A stretch of DNA of 64,000 nt from Dehalococcoidia bacterium (GTDB taxonomy: Bacteria > Chloroflexota > Dehalococcoidia > Bin125): contig CBDBQC010000003.1 of NCBI GenBank assembly GCA_965209205.1, positions 822,882 to 886,881 on the forward strand. The letters are read 5' to 3'. A program made the position numbers and the translations under genes. Below are positions 7,543 through 18,500 of the stretch, in pieces; the first letter of the stretch is position 1, and each line of letters opens with the position of its first letter. The notes under the pieces are model-generated. The model was given only the letters and a program-made list of their open reading frames with translations, was not told where the DNA came from and did no database searches.

Positions 7543-7614
7543 ATGCCCGCGACGCCAACCCCGACGGGAGCCCCAGCCGCCGCGATCGTCGCGGCGGTGA
7601 CGATTGCGTCCTGA
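7543..7614 (+). CDS. Candidate attenuator leader peptide MPATPTPTGAPAAAIVAAVTIAS
   Basis: 23 codons with clustered Ile/Val/Thr codons, purine-rich RBS, an overlapping hairpin, located in the cimA leader. Confidence 0.4.
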   Translation: MPATPTPTGAPAAAIVAAVTIAS

Positions 7615-7726
7615 GCGGCGCTCGCCCCCGCGACCCCCGCACGGGTTCGCTCCCTCGCGTCCGCCCCCACCCCCGATCCCCCCGGCCCGCGCCGCCGACG
7701 GCGGCGCACGGCGCTTGGAGCGCGAC

Positions 7727-9369
<1,643 letters not shown>

Positions 9370-9373
<4 letters not shown>

Positions 9374-10653
9374 CCGCCCGCCGGCGGCGCGCCCGCCCGC
9401 GCGACGAAGTAGTTGTGGAACGCGTCGCTCTGCGACCGCACGACCTCCACCGCCAGCCCCGCCGCGGCCAGTACGTCGCGCGCCGCCTCCTGGCCCCATA
9501 GCGCGCCCAGGCCGTCGCCCCCGCAGGCCACCGAGTGGGGCACGCAGTGCATCAGCGAGAGGTCGTACATCACCTCGACGAGCGGCCGGCCCAGGTTGCG
9601 CTCGAGCCGGCTCGAGGCCGCGATCTCCGTCGCCACGAAGAGCCCGCCGGGCGCGATGATCCGCGCCACCGCCTCGACGATCTCGCACGGGTTCGGCGTG
9701 TCGTGCAGCATCCCGAAGGCCAGCATGAGGTCGTGGCGATCCGGCAACCGCGTCACGTCCGCCTCCACGAACCGGCAGTTGCCGACGCCCGCCGCCCCGG
9801 CGTCGGCGGCCGACAGCCGCACCGCCGTGGGGTTCAGGTCGTAGCCCGTGAAGGAGCTGCGCGGGTAGCGGCGCGCCAGCTCGATCAGCAGGCGTCCCCG
9901 CCCCGAGCCCGCCTCGCCCACGCTGATGCCAGCCTCCAGCGCGGCGGCGAGTTCGGGGGCGGCGCGGAAGGCGGGCGCCAGGCCGTGCGCCGGCCGCGGC
10001 AGGATGTGAATCAGGCTCTCCCACTCGTTGGCCATGCCCGCCTCCAGCCGCACGCCGTCGCCGGCCCGGATGAGCGCGATCAAGCGCTCATCGGCGGGGT
10101 CGCGCGGCGTCGTGCTGTCGAGCAGGTCGAGGAACGAGTCGGGGCGCTCCGGCGTCAGCAGCGCCCGCTGCGGCGGCGCCAGCCGGAAGTGCCGCGTGGC
10201 GGCGCGGTACGTCACGACCCGGTGCGCCGCCAGCGACTGCAGGATGGCGCGCACGTAGCGCCCGTCGATGCCGGTCTGCGCCGCGACGCGGGTCACGCCG
10301 GCGGGCGGCAGTTCGCGCAGCGCCTCGATGACCCCGGTCGCCGTCGCGATGCGCAGCACCCGCTGCAGCAGCGACCCCCGCATCGCGTCGAGCAGGTACT
10401 TCGCGAAGTCGACCTCGCCCGGCTGCGAGGCCGGCTGCGCCGTCGGCTGCGCGGGGGCGTCGGCGGGCGGGCCCCACAGCGCCTCGCGCACCGACGCGCG
10501 CGAGGACACGCCCAGCCGGCTGAGGATCTCCGCGACGTGGTACTTGACCCCGTCCTTGGAGATCCCCAGCTGCTCGGCGACCTCGCGGTTGGTCAGCCCC
10601 GCGGCGACCAGGCCGGCGACTTCGCGCTGACGATCGGTAAGTGCATCCGCCAT
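9370..10653 (-). CDS. LuxR-type HTH fused to winged-helix plus class I SAM methyltransferase (Rv2258c-like)
   Basis: N-terminal LTDRQREVAGLVAAGLTNREVAEQLGIS...VKYHVAEILSRLGV; MTase motifs EAGSGRG, FTGYDL and GMLHD. Confidence 0.8.
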
Positions 10654-10806
10654 GTCGTCAGCTTATGGCCCCGGGGGCCGATCCGCGCGGCCGGGCCGGG
10701 CGCGGTCGGGCCGGCCGCGATAGAATGAGACTGGCCCCGGCGTGACGGGAGCGCTGGGGAACCCGGCGCGGCGCTCGCGCGTCGTGCGGGATGAAGGGGG
10801 TGACGG

Positions 10807-11019
10807 GTGGAGGACGGGCTGTTCGCGTTCCCGCCGTGCCAGCGTTGCGACACGGGGCACCTCGTGCCGCTGTCGGACTTCGGCAGCCAGGGAGCGGCGA
10901 TTCACTACAAGGCGTGGGTCTGCACGAATGGGAACTGTGGCTACAACATCAAGATTCGGAACGGCGATGTCTACATCGACGAGCCCATCCTGGAGGGTGA
11001 GCCCAGCCGCCGCCGCTAG
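10807..11019 (+). CDS. Small zinc-ribbon-like protein
   Basis: 70 aa with CxxC (CQRC) and CxxxxC (CTNGNC); non-spurious composition; TAGAAT upstream. Confidence 0.65.
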   Translation: MEDGLFAFPPCQRCDTGHLVPLSDFGSQGAAIHYKAWVCTNGNCGYNIKIRNGDVYIDEPILEGEPSRRR

Positions 11020-11095
11020 CGCTTCCGGCGCGCGGCCCCTACAGGCGGCCGGGGCCGAGGGCCCCCCACCGAACGAGACCGTCTGGTCTGGTCCG

Positions 11096-11587
11096 GTGCT
11101 GGGCTTCCTGCTCACCATGGTCGTGGCGGTCCCGATCATCTTCGCGGTGCTGATGCTCACCACGTTCAGCGTCCTGCGAGACACGGGCGGGGGCGGCCAG
11201 GACGCCGTCGTCGCCGAGGGCGCCGAGGCGACGCTGGCCCCCACGGACGCCGAGGCCGCGCCGGTGGCCGAGACGGTGGCCGTCGCGCCCGACGCGGCGT
11301 CGGACGCCGCTGCCGCCGCCGTCGCCGCCGCCCTGACCGAGCCCGAGGTGCCGGCGCAGCAACTCGACCAGATCTACGTGGTGGTGCCGGGCGACGTGCT
11401 GAGCAAGATCGCACAGCGCTTCGCCGTCACCACCGCCGCGCTGGCCGCCTACAACGAGCTGAGCAACCCCAACGCGCTGCGCATCGGCCAGGAGTTGCGC
11501 ATCCCGCCGCCCGGCTACCAGCCGCCGGACCCGGAGGCCGAGGAGCAGACCGACTTCGCCAGCGGACCGCTGTCGCCGCAGGGCTAG
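11096..11587 (+). CDS. Membrane-anchored LysM peptidoglycan-binding protein (start uncertain)
   Basis: N-terminal hydrophobic helix; C-terminal [44 protein letters not shown]. Confidence 0.85.
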   Translation: MLGFLLTMVVAVPIIFAVLMLTTFSVLRDTGGGGQDAVVAEGAEATLAPTDAEAAPVAETVAVAPDAASDAAAAAVAAALTEPEVPAQQLDQIYVVVPGDVLSKIAQRFAVTTAALAAYNELSNPNALRIGQELRIPPPGYQPPDPEAEEQTDFASGPLSPQG

Positions 11588-11663
11588 CGGTCCCACGCCG
11601 GCCGGCGTCTGCGCCCCGCGCGATTGTTCGAGCGCGACGCGCTCACGTACGCTGAGCCGGCGT

Positions 11664-11740
<77 letters not shown>

Positions 11741-11812
11741 TCCCCGACTTTTCCCGCCTCCCCGGCCCCCGGCCCGCGCGGACGGCGATCGTAGCGCCCC
11801 CCGCTGCAGTTC

Positions 11813-13399
11813 TCAGCCGCCCGACGCCGCGCCGGCGCGCCAGTCCTGCAGCGGCCGGCACTCGCCCTCCTCGACTTGCACGGCGCGGGTCGCCACCCGC
11901 CGCAGGACCTCGCGGTCGTGCGACGCGCAGATGATCGTGCCGTCGTAGTCGGCCAGCGCCTTGATCAGCCGGGCGCGGGTCGCCCCGTCGAGGTGGTTGG
12001 TGGGCTCATCGAGCAGCAGCACGTTGGACGGCCGGATCAGGAACTTCGCCAGCGCGACGCGCGACCGCTCCCCGCCCGAGAGCACGGCGATGCGCTTGAA
12101 CACGTCCTCGCCGCGAAACAGGAAGCGCCCGAGGACGCTGCGCAGGTCGCCGTCCGTGTGGTCGCCGGCGATCGACGCGACCTCCTCCAGCACGGTCCGG
12201 GCGGGGTCCAGCGCTTCATCCTGGTGCTGGTCGTAGTAGCCGAACTCGGCCCGCTCGGCCCAGGCGATGCTGCCCTCGGTGGGGGCGATGCGGCCCGCCA
12301 GGGCGCGCAGCAGCGTGCTCTTGCCGCCGCCGTTCGGCCCCACCAGGGCGACCTTCTCGCCCCGCTCGATCTCCAAGTTCGCGCCGACCAGCACGATGTG
12401 GTCGTCGTAGGCGTGGCTCAGATCCTGCACCGTCACGACGGCGCGCTCGGGCCGGGCCGCCGTCTGGATGCGGAAGTGCACGGCCCGCTCGGCCCCGGGC
12501 GCGGCGACCCGCTCGATCTTCTCGAGCGCCTTGATCCGGCTCTGCACCTGCTTGGCCTTGGTGGCCGTGCTGCGGAAGCGATCGATGAACCGCGTCTGCC
12601 GGGCGATCTCGCGCCCCTGGCGGTCGGCGGTCGCGCGCTGCTGGGCGAGCAGGGCGGCCCGCTGGCGGCGGTAGTCGCTGTGGTTGCCGGGGTACGAGCG
12701 CGCCTCGCCGTCGCGCAAGTCGATGATCCGCTGCACCGTCGCGTCGAGGAAGTCGGTCTCGTGCGAGACGATGATCACCGTGCCCTTGTATGCTTGTAGA
12801 TGCCCGATCAGCCACGTCCGCGCTGCGGCGTCGAGGTGGTTGGTGGGCTCGTCCAGCAGCAGGTGATCGGGCCGGCGGACGAGCACCTGCGCCAACGCGA
12901 CGCGCATCCGCCAGCCGCCCGAGAACGCCCCGCAGGCCTTGCCGTCGTCCGCGGGTGCGAAGCCCAAGCCGCGCAGCACCTGCCCGATCCGCTTCTCGAT
13001 GCGATAGCCGTCCAGACGCTCGAACTCCTCGAATAGCTGCGCCTGGCGTGCGACGAGCGCGTCGACGTCGCCCGCGGGGCTCTCGAAGGCGGCGGCGACC
13101 TCGTGCAGCTGCTCCTCGACGGCGCGCGCCTCCGGGAACGCCTTCCACATCTCCTCGACCAGCGGCAGCCGGCTACTCAACTCCGCGTCCTGCTGCAGGA
13201 AGCCCAGGCTGCCGCCGCGGTGCCCCGCGGCGCCGGCGTCGGGCGGCAGCAAGCCCGCGATGACGCGCAGCAGCGTCGACTTGCCGGCCCCGTTCGGCCC
13301 GATCAGGCCGACCCGCTCGCCGTCGCCGATGTTGAAGCCGACCTCGTCGAGGACGGGGACGCCCTTGAAGCGCTGGGAGACGGCATCGACGTAGAGCAC
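11813..13399 (-). CDS. ABC-F family ATPase
   Basis: Two Walker A motifs (GPNGAGKS, GPNGGGKS), FSGGW and LSGGE signatures, LLLDEPTNHLD twice, no TM segments. Confidence 0.93.
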   Translation of the reverse strand: MLYVDAVSQRFKGVPVLDEVGFNIGDGERVGLIGPNGAGKSTLLRVIAGLLPPDAGAAGHRGGSLGFLQQDAELSSRLPLVEEMWKAFPEARAVEEQLHEVAAAFESPAGDVDALVARQAQLFEEFERLDGYRIEKRIGQVLRGLGFAPADDGKACGAFSGGWRMRVALAQVLVRRPDHLLLDEPTNHLDAAARTWLIGHLQAYKGTVIIVSHETDFLDATVQRIIDLRDGEARSYPGNHSDYRRQRAALLAQQRATADRQGREIARQTRFIDRFRSTATKAKQVQSRIKALEKIERVAAPGAERAVHFRIQTAARPERAVVTVQDLSHAYDDHIVLVGANLEIERGEKVALVGPNGGGKSTLLRALAGRIAPTEGSIAWAERAEFGYYDQHQDEALDPARTVLEEVASIAGDHTDGDLRSVLGRFLFRGEDVFKRIAVLSGGERSRVALAKFLIRPSNVLLLDEPTNHLDGATRARLIKALADYDGTIICASHDREVLRRVATRAVQVEEGECRPLQDWRAGAASGG

Positions 13400-13512
13400 G
13401 GATGATCGGCCGGAGCGGGAGCGGGAAACGGGGTTGCTGCGCTCACGGTACCGGCTGCGCCGCCTGCGGGGGGTGTCGAGCCCAACGCAGGCCGGCCCTA
13501 GACTGCGTTGCC

Positions 13513-14736
13513 ATGACCGACGCCCCCACCGGCCAGCCGCCCCCGCCCGACCCCCCCGGCGCCCTGTCGGGCGTGCGCGTGCTGGATCTGACCGACGAGC
13601 GCGCGATCTACGGCGCGAAGCTGATCGCCGACCTCGGCGCCGACGTCGTGCGGCCGGAGCCGCCCTCGGGCGACCCGCTGCGGGAGCGCGGCCCCTTCGC
13701 GGGCGGCGAGCCGGGGCCGGGGCGATCGCTGTGGTACGCCTACTTCGCTTCCGGCCGCCGCTCGCTCACGCTCGACCCGGAGGCGCCGGCCGGGCGCACG
13801 CGGCTGCGCGAACTCGCGCGCGCGGCCGACGTCGTCCTTGACAACGGCGCCCTGGCCCGCGCCGGCATCGACGCCGAGGGGCTGCTCGCCGAGCGGCCGG
13901 GGATCGTCGTCGTGCGGTCCACGTCGTTCGGCCGCGAGGGGCCCTGGCGCGACTACCGCGCCCCCGACCTCGTCGCCTCGGCGCTGGGCGGCATCTGCGC
14001 CACCACCGGCGACGCCGACACGCCGCCGCTCAAGCTGTTCGGCGAGCTGGCGTTCATGATCTCCGGGGCCTACGTCGCGATCGGCGCGCTGGCCGCGCTG
14101 CATCACGCGCGCGAGACCGGCGCCGGCCAGATCGTCGACGCCGCCGTGCACGAGGCGCTGCCGACGGCGCTGGAGCACGTGCTGATGTACGCGTGGTACT
14201 GCGACCTGGTGGAGTGGGCCGAGACGCCGGTCCTGCCGCGGCAGGGGGCGTTGCACTGGACGACCGTGTACCAGGTCCTGCAGGCGCAGGGCGGCGGCAT
14301 CATGGTCACCCCCACGCCCGACCCGGAGGCGCAGCTGGCCTGGCTCGTCGAGGAGGGCTTCGTCGAGGATCTGCTCGACCCGAAGTGGCAGGATCCCGAC
14401 CTGTGGGTGGAGTACGTGCGGCGCCTCATGGACGTGATGCGGGCCTGGGTGCCCACGAAGGAGGTGGGCGCCCTGTTCGAGGAGGCGCAGGCCCGCCACG
14501 CGCCCTACGGCCGCGTGCTGCCGCCCGAGCTGCTGCTCGACAACCCGCAGTTGGAGGCGCGCGGCTGGTGGCGCCCGCGCACGATCGCCGGCGCGGCCGT
14601 GCGCGGACCGGGCGGTCCGTACCGCTTCGAGCGAACGCCCTGGCGCGCGGCCGACGAGGCGGCCGCCGCCCCCGGCGCCGGCCCGCCCGCCACGCCCGAG
14701 GCGCTGCTCTCGGCGATCGGCTGGGACGACCGATGA
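13513..14736 (+). CDS. Family III CoA-transferase (CaiB/BaiF), subunit apparently lacking the catalytic Asp
   Basis: LSGVRVLDL...GAKLIADLGADVVRPEPPSGDPLR; AFMISG stands where other family members have the Asp-containing motif. Confidence 0.88.
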   Translation: MTDAPTGQPPPPDPPGALSGVRVLDLTDERAIYGAKLIADLGADVVRPEPPSGDPLRERGPFAGGEPGPGRSLWYAYFASGRRSLTLDPEAPAGRTRLRELARAADVVLDNGALARAGIDAEGLLAERPGIVVVRSTSFGREGPWRDYRAPDLVASALGGICATTGDADTPPLKLFGELAFMISGAYVAIGALAALHHARETGAGQIVDAAVHEALPTALEHVLMYAWYCDLVEWAETPVLPRQGALHWTTVYQVLQAQGGGIMVTPTPDPEAQLAWLVEEGFVEDLLDPKWQDPDLWVEYVRRLMDVMRAWVPTKEVGALFEEAQARHAPYGRVLPPELLLDNPQLEARGWWRPRTIAGAAVRGPGGPYRFERTPWRAADEAAAAPGAGPPATPEALLSAIGWDDR

Positions 14737-15959
14737 CCGGCCCGCGCCCCCTCGACGGCGTGCGCGTGCTCGACTTCACGCACGTGCTCGCGGGCCCCTT
14801 CGGGACGCGCGTCCTGGGCGATCTGGGCGCCGACGTGGTCAAGGTGTCCACGGCCGGCCGCTCCCAGGGCGTGGGGGCGGACCCGGCGCGGCCGTACTTC
14901 GTCATGTGGAACCGCAACAAGCGCGCACTGGCGCTCAACATGGCGACGGAGGAGGCGCGGCGGATCGCCCTCGACCTCGCGACCCGCGCCGACGTGCTGA
15001 TCGACAACTTCTCGCCGGGCGTGCTCGAGCGCTGGGGCCTGGGGGAGTCCGTGCTGCGCGCCGCCAACCCCGGCCTGATCGTCGTCAACATGTCGGGCAT
15101 GGGCGACGGCGGCCCCTGGTCCGGCTACGTCACCTATGCGCCCACCATCCACGCGCTCTCGGGCCTGACGGCGCTCACCGGCGTGCCCGGCCGCGACGAC
15201 ATCGGCATCGGCTTCTCCTACAACGACCACGCCGCCGGGCTGCACGCCGCATTGGCGGTGCTGGCCGCCCTGGAGGCGCGCCGTCGCGACGGCCTCGGCC
15301 AGCGCATCGAGGTCGCGCAGTTCGAGACGGGCGTCAACTTCCTGGGCCCCACCCTGCTCGACCTGATCGTGAACGGTGGCCGGGCGGAGGCGACCGGCAA
15401 CCGCCTGCCCTACGACGCGGCCGCCCCGCACGGCTGCTACCCGTGCCGGCCGCTGGCCGGCGCCGTCCCCGGCGAGGAGGAGCGCTGGGTGGCGATCGCG
15501 GTCATGAGCGACGCCCAGTGGCGGGCCCTGCGCGCGCTCTTGGGCGAGCCCGCCTGGGCCCGCGATTCCGCCCTGGACACCGCCGCGGGGCGCGTGGCGG
15601 CGATGGACGCGATCGATCGCGAGATGGCGGCCTGGACGCGGACGCAGGACGCGGAAGCGGTCATGGAGCGCTGCCAGGCGGCCGGCGTGCCGGCCGGCGT
15701 CGTGCAGTCGGGCGTCGACCTCACGCAGCGCGACCCGCAACTGCGCGCGAGCGGCTTCTTCACCACCGCCGAGGGGGAGCACCCCACCATCGGCGCGCAG
15801 CACCTCGAGCGGCTGCCGCTGCGCTTCTCGGCGACGCCGATCGAGACCTACGCCCGCTCGCGGCTGACCGGCGAGGACACCGCCGCCGTCCTGCACGACT
15901 GGCTGGGCATGCCGCCCGCGGAGGTCGCCGCCGGCGAGGACTCCGGCATCCTCCGCTAG
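14733..15959 (+). CDS. Family III CoA-transferase (CaiB/BaiF)
   Basis: LDGVRVLDFTHVLAGPF, NRNKR, NFSPGV and YNDHAAG motifs; ATGA overlap with the preceding gene. Confidence 0.92.
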   Translation: MTGPRPLDGVRVLDFTHVLAGPFGTRVLGDLGADVVKVSTAGRSQGVGADPARPYFVMWNRNKRALALNMATEEARRIALDLATRADVLIDNFSPGVLERWGLGESVLRAANPGLIVVNMSGMGDGGPWSGYVTYAPTIHALSGLTALTGVPGRDDIGIGFSYNDHAAGLHAALAVLAALEARRRDGLGQRIEVAQFETGVNFLGPTLLDLIVNGGRAEATGNRLPYDAAAPHGCYPCRPLAGAVPGEEERWVAIAVMSDAQWRALRALLGEPAWARDSALDTAAGRVAAMDAIDREMAAWTRTQDAEAVMERCQAAGVPAGVVQSGVDLTQRDPQLRASGFFTTAEGEHPTIGAQHLERLPLRFSATPIETYARSRLTGEDTAAVLHDWLGMPPAEVAAGEDSGILR

Positions 15960-15969
15960 CCGCGCTCCC

Positions 15970-15998
15970 TTGACACTGCGTAGTACATATGTTCTGAT
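15970..15998 (+). promoter_or_regulatory. Promoter with LexA (SOS)-type box
   Basis: TTGACA at 15970-15975; AGTACATATGTTCT at 15982-15995 lies in the spacer/-10 region, upstream of a repair-type radical SAM gene. Confidence 0.7.
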
Positions 15999-16025
15999 CG
16001 AGTCCGGCGGGGAAGGGCGGACGCC

Positions 16026-16919
16026 GTGGTCGAGTACCGCGAGATCGAGTGCAAGTCGGCGCTCAACCGGGTGCGGGGCATGCCCTTCGCGTGGTCGCTC
16101 AACCCGTATCGCGGCTGCGCGCACGGTTGTCACTACTGCTTCGCGCGTCCCACCCACCGCTTCTTCGAGTTGGGCGTCGGCGACGACTTCACCGGCATCA
16201 TCTACGTCAAGCGCAACCTGGCGCCGGTGCTCGCGGGCGAACTGGCGCGGCCCGCCTGGAAGCGGGAGCCGGTCGCGCTGGGCACCGCGACCGACCCCTA
16301 CCAGCCCGCCGAGGGCCGCTATCGCCTGACCCGCGCGGCGCTGGAACAGTTCGCGCGCTTCCGTAACCCCGTCTCGCTGCTCACCAAGAACCCGTTGATC
16401 GTGCGCGACCTCGACGTGCTGCGGGAACTCGACGCCCGCGCCCGCCTCAGCGTTTGCTTCAGCATGCCCACCGTCGATCGAGAGATCTGGCGTCGCACGG
16501 AGCCCGGCACGGCCCCGCCCCACCAGCGCCTCGCCGCGATGCGCCGCCTGGCCGACGCGGGCATCCACGCCGGCGTGCTGATGGCCCCGCTGCTGCCCGG
16601 GCTGTCGGCCGACCGGGCGCAGGTCGAACGCACCGTGCGCGCCGCCGCCGATCACGGCGCGCGCTTCGTGGGATCCAACGTCCTCCATCTGGGCCCCGAA
16701 CTGCGCGACTATTACTTCGACTTCCTGGCGGCGGAGTACCCGTCGCTGCTCGAGGGGTACCGGCGGCTCTACGGCGAGAAGTACGCCCCCAAGCGATACC
16801 GCGATCGTGTCGCTGCGCGCGTGCAGGAGCTGAAGGAGGTCGCCGGCGTCCCCGATCGGCCCATGTCCCCCCGCCCCGCGACACCTCCGGTGCGACAGCT
16901 TAGCCTCCCGCTGCGGTAG
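16026..16919 (+). CDS. Radical SAM protein, SplB-like / Rv2578c family (DNA repair associated)
   Basis: WSLNPYRGCAHGCHYCFAR (CxxxCxxC), GTATDPYQPAE and LTKNPLIVRDLD motifs. Confidence 0.9.
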   Translation: MVEYREIECKSALNRVRGMPFAWSLNPYRGCAHGCHYCFARPTHRFFELGVGDDFTGIIYVKRNLAPVLAGELARPAWKREPVALGTATDPYQPAEGRYRLTRAALEQFARFRNPVSLLTKNPLIVRDLDVLRELDARARLSVCFSMPTVDREIWRRTEPGTAPPHQRLAAMRRLADAGIHAGVLMAPLLPGLSADRAQVERTVRAAADHGARFVGSNVLHLGPELRDYYFDFLAAEYPSLLEGYRRLYGEKYAPKRYRDRVAARVQELKEVAGVPDRPMSPRPATPPVRQLSLPLR

Positions 16920-16975
16920 GCTCGCAGCCCGGCCACCGTTGAGGGGGCCGACAAGCACCGTGGAAGGACGCGCCC

Positions 16976-17935
16976 GTGACGATTGAGCACCGGCAGATCG
17001 AACTCCCGACCGGCATCTCCATGCACGTCGCGGAGCAGGGCGACGGACCGGCCGTCGTCTTCGTGCACGGCTTCCCCGAGCTGTGGTACTCGTGGCGGCA
17101 TCAGCTGCCGGCGCTGGCGGACGCGGGCCTCCGCGCCATCGCGCCCGACATGCGCGGCTACGGCCGGACCAGCGCGCCCCCCAACATCGAGGACTACGCC
17201 CACCGCCTGGTCTGCGACGACCTGGTCGCCCTGCTCGATGCGCTCCCGCTGGAGCAGGCCGTCTTCGTGGGCCACGACTGGGGCGGCGCGATCGTCTGGG
17301 CGATGGCGTTGCACCACCCCGAGCGGGTGCGGGCCGTCGCGGGGATCAACACGCCCTACCGCGGTCAGCCGCCGGCGCCGCTGCTGGAGATGGTCAAGGG
17401 CCGCCCCGGCGTGTGGGACTACCAGTTCTACTTCCAGGAGCCCGGCGTCGCCGAGGCCGAACTCGAGGCCGACCCCGAGCGCACGATGTCGCTGCTCCTG
17501 CGCAGCAGCGACCCCGCCGATCGGCTGGACGCCCTGGGCGGCACCAAGAGCGTCCGCGAGCGCGGCGGGATGCTGGTCGGCCTCCCCGAGCGCCCGGTCC
17601 GCAGCGTCATGCTGAGCGCCGACGACCTGGCCGTCTTCGTCGAGGCGTTCCGCGCGACCGGCTTCCGCGGACCGCTCAACTGGTACCGCAACGACCGCCG
17701 GAACTGGGAATGGGGCGAGGAGAGCAAGGACGCGCGCATCGGCTGCCCGGCGCTGATGGTCACGGCGGGCAGGGATCCGGTCCTCACGCCCCGGCTGTCC
17801 GAGGGGATGGAGCGCGTCATCCCGCAGCTCCAGCGTGGCCACATTGAGGAGTGCGGCCATTGGACCCAGCAGGAACGCCCCGATGAACTGAACCAGATCC
17901 TGCTCGACTGGCTGGCCGGATTGCCCCCGGCATAA
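16976..17935 (+). CDS. Alpha/beta hydrolase, epoxide hydrolase type
   Basis: HGFPELWYSWRHQ, GHDWGG nucleophile motif, GPLNWYRN, CGHWTQQE. Confidence 0.9.
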   Translation: MTIEHRQIELPTGISMHVAEQGDGPAVVFVHGFPELWYSWRHQLPALADAGLRAIAPDMRGYGRTSAPPNIEDYAHRLVCDDLVALLDALPLEQAVFVGHDWGGAIVWAMALHHPERVRAVAGINTPYRGQPPAPLLEMVKGRPGVWDYQFYFQEPGVAEAELEADPERTMSLLLRSSDPADRLDALGGTKSVRERGGMLVGLPERPVRSVMLSADDLAVFVEAFRATGFRGPLNWYRNDRRNWEWGEESKDARIGCPALMVTAGRDPVLTPRLSEGMERVIPQLQRGHIEECGHWTQQERPDELNQILLDWLAGLPPA

Positions 17936-17966
17936 CTCCGCAAGACCGCGCCGAAACGAGGACCCC

Positions 17967-18491
17967 ATGCCGCCCCTGACCCCTGCCGAACGCGACGCCT
18001 TCCTCGACGCGCCGGGCGTGCTGATGCGCATCGCCACCGTCGACGCCGACGGCGACCCGCACGTTGCCCCGATCTGGTTCCTGCACGAGGAGGGGCGGCT
18101 GTGGTTCACCCCCCGCGCGATGTCGGACTGGCTGACGCACATCCGCGCGCATCCCCGCATCGCCTGCGCCATCGACGAGACGGCCGCGCCGGCACGCAAG
18201 CTCGTCGTGGAGGGCGAGGCGGAGATCGTCCACGACCTCGGGGCGGACGACGTCTGGCGCGACCTCTACCGCCGCATCGCGGAGCGCTACATCTCGCCGG
18301 CCGCCGCCGCGGCTTACATCGGCAACACGATCGACCAGCCGCGCGCCCTCTGTGCGCTCCCGCTCGCGTCGGCGCGCATCCGGAGTTGGCGCATGCCCAT
18401 GGGCGACGAGCCGCGCAGCGGCATCTGGCACCGTCGCTACTACGTGCCCGGCAGCAAGTACGGCGCCGAGGCCGGATCGACCGCGGAGTAG
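17967..18491 (+). CDS. Pyridoxamine 5'-phosphate oxidase-like (PPOX/FDOR) protein
   Basis: LTPAERDAFL...MRIATV...GDPHVAPIWF...VEGEAEIV. Confidence 0.82.
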   Translation: MPPLTPAERDAFLDAPGVLMRIATVDADGDPHVAPIWFLHEEGRLWFTPRAMSDWLTHIRAHPRIACAIDETAAPARKLVVEGEAEIVHDLGADDVWRDLYRRIAERYISPAAAAAYIGNTIDQPRALCALPLASARIRSWRMPMGDEPRSGIWHRRYYVPGSKYGAEAGSTAE

Positions 18492-18500
18492 GGGGACGCG

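Noticed and set aside
7604-7726. Longer TTG-start N-terminus for cimA
   Set aside because: The extension is Pro/Arg-rich non-coding-like sequence; ATG 7727 has a GGAG RBS and begins the family-typical N-terminus.
11813-13399. ABC-F as an antibiotic-resistance (ARE) protein
   Set aside because: Nothing distinguishes it from housekeeping ABC-F proteins, there is no leader peptide or mobile context, and a subfamily tree would be needed.
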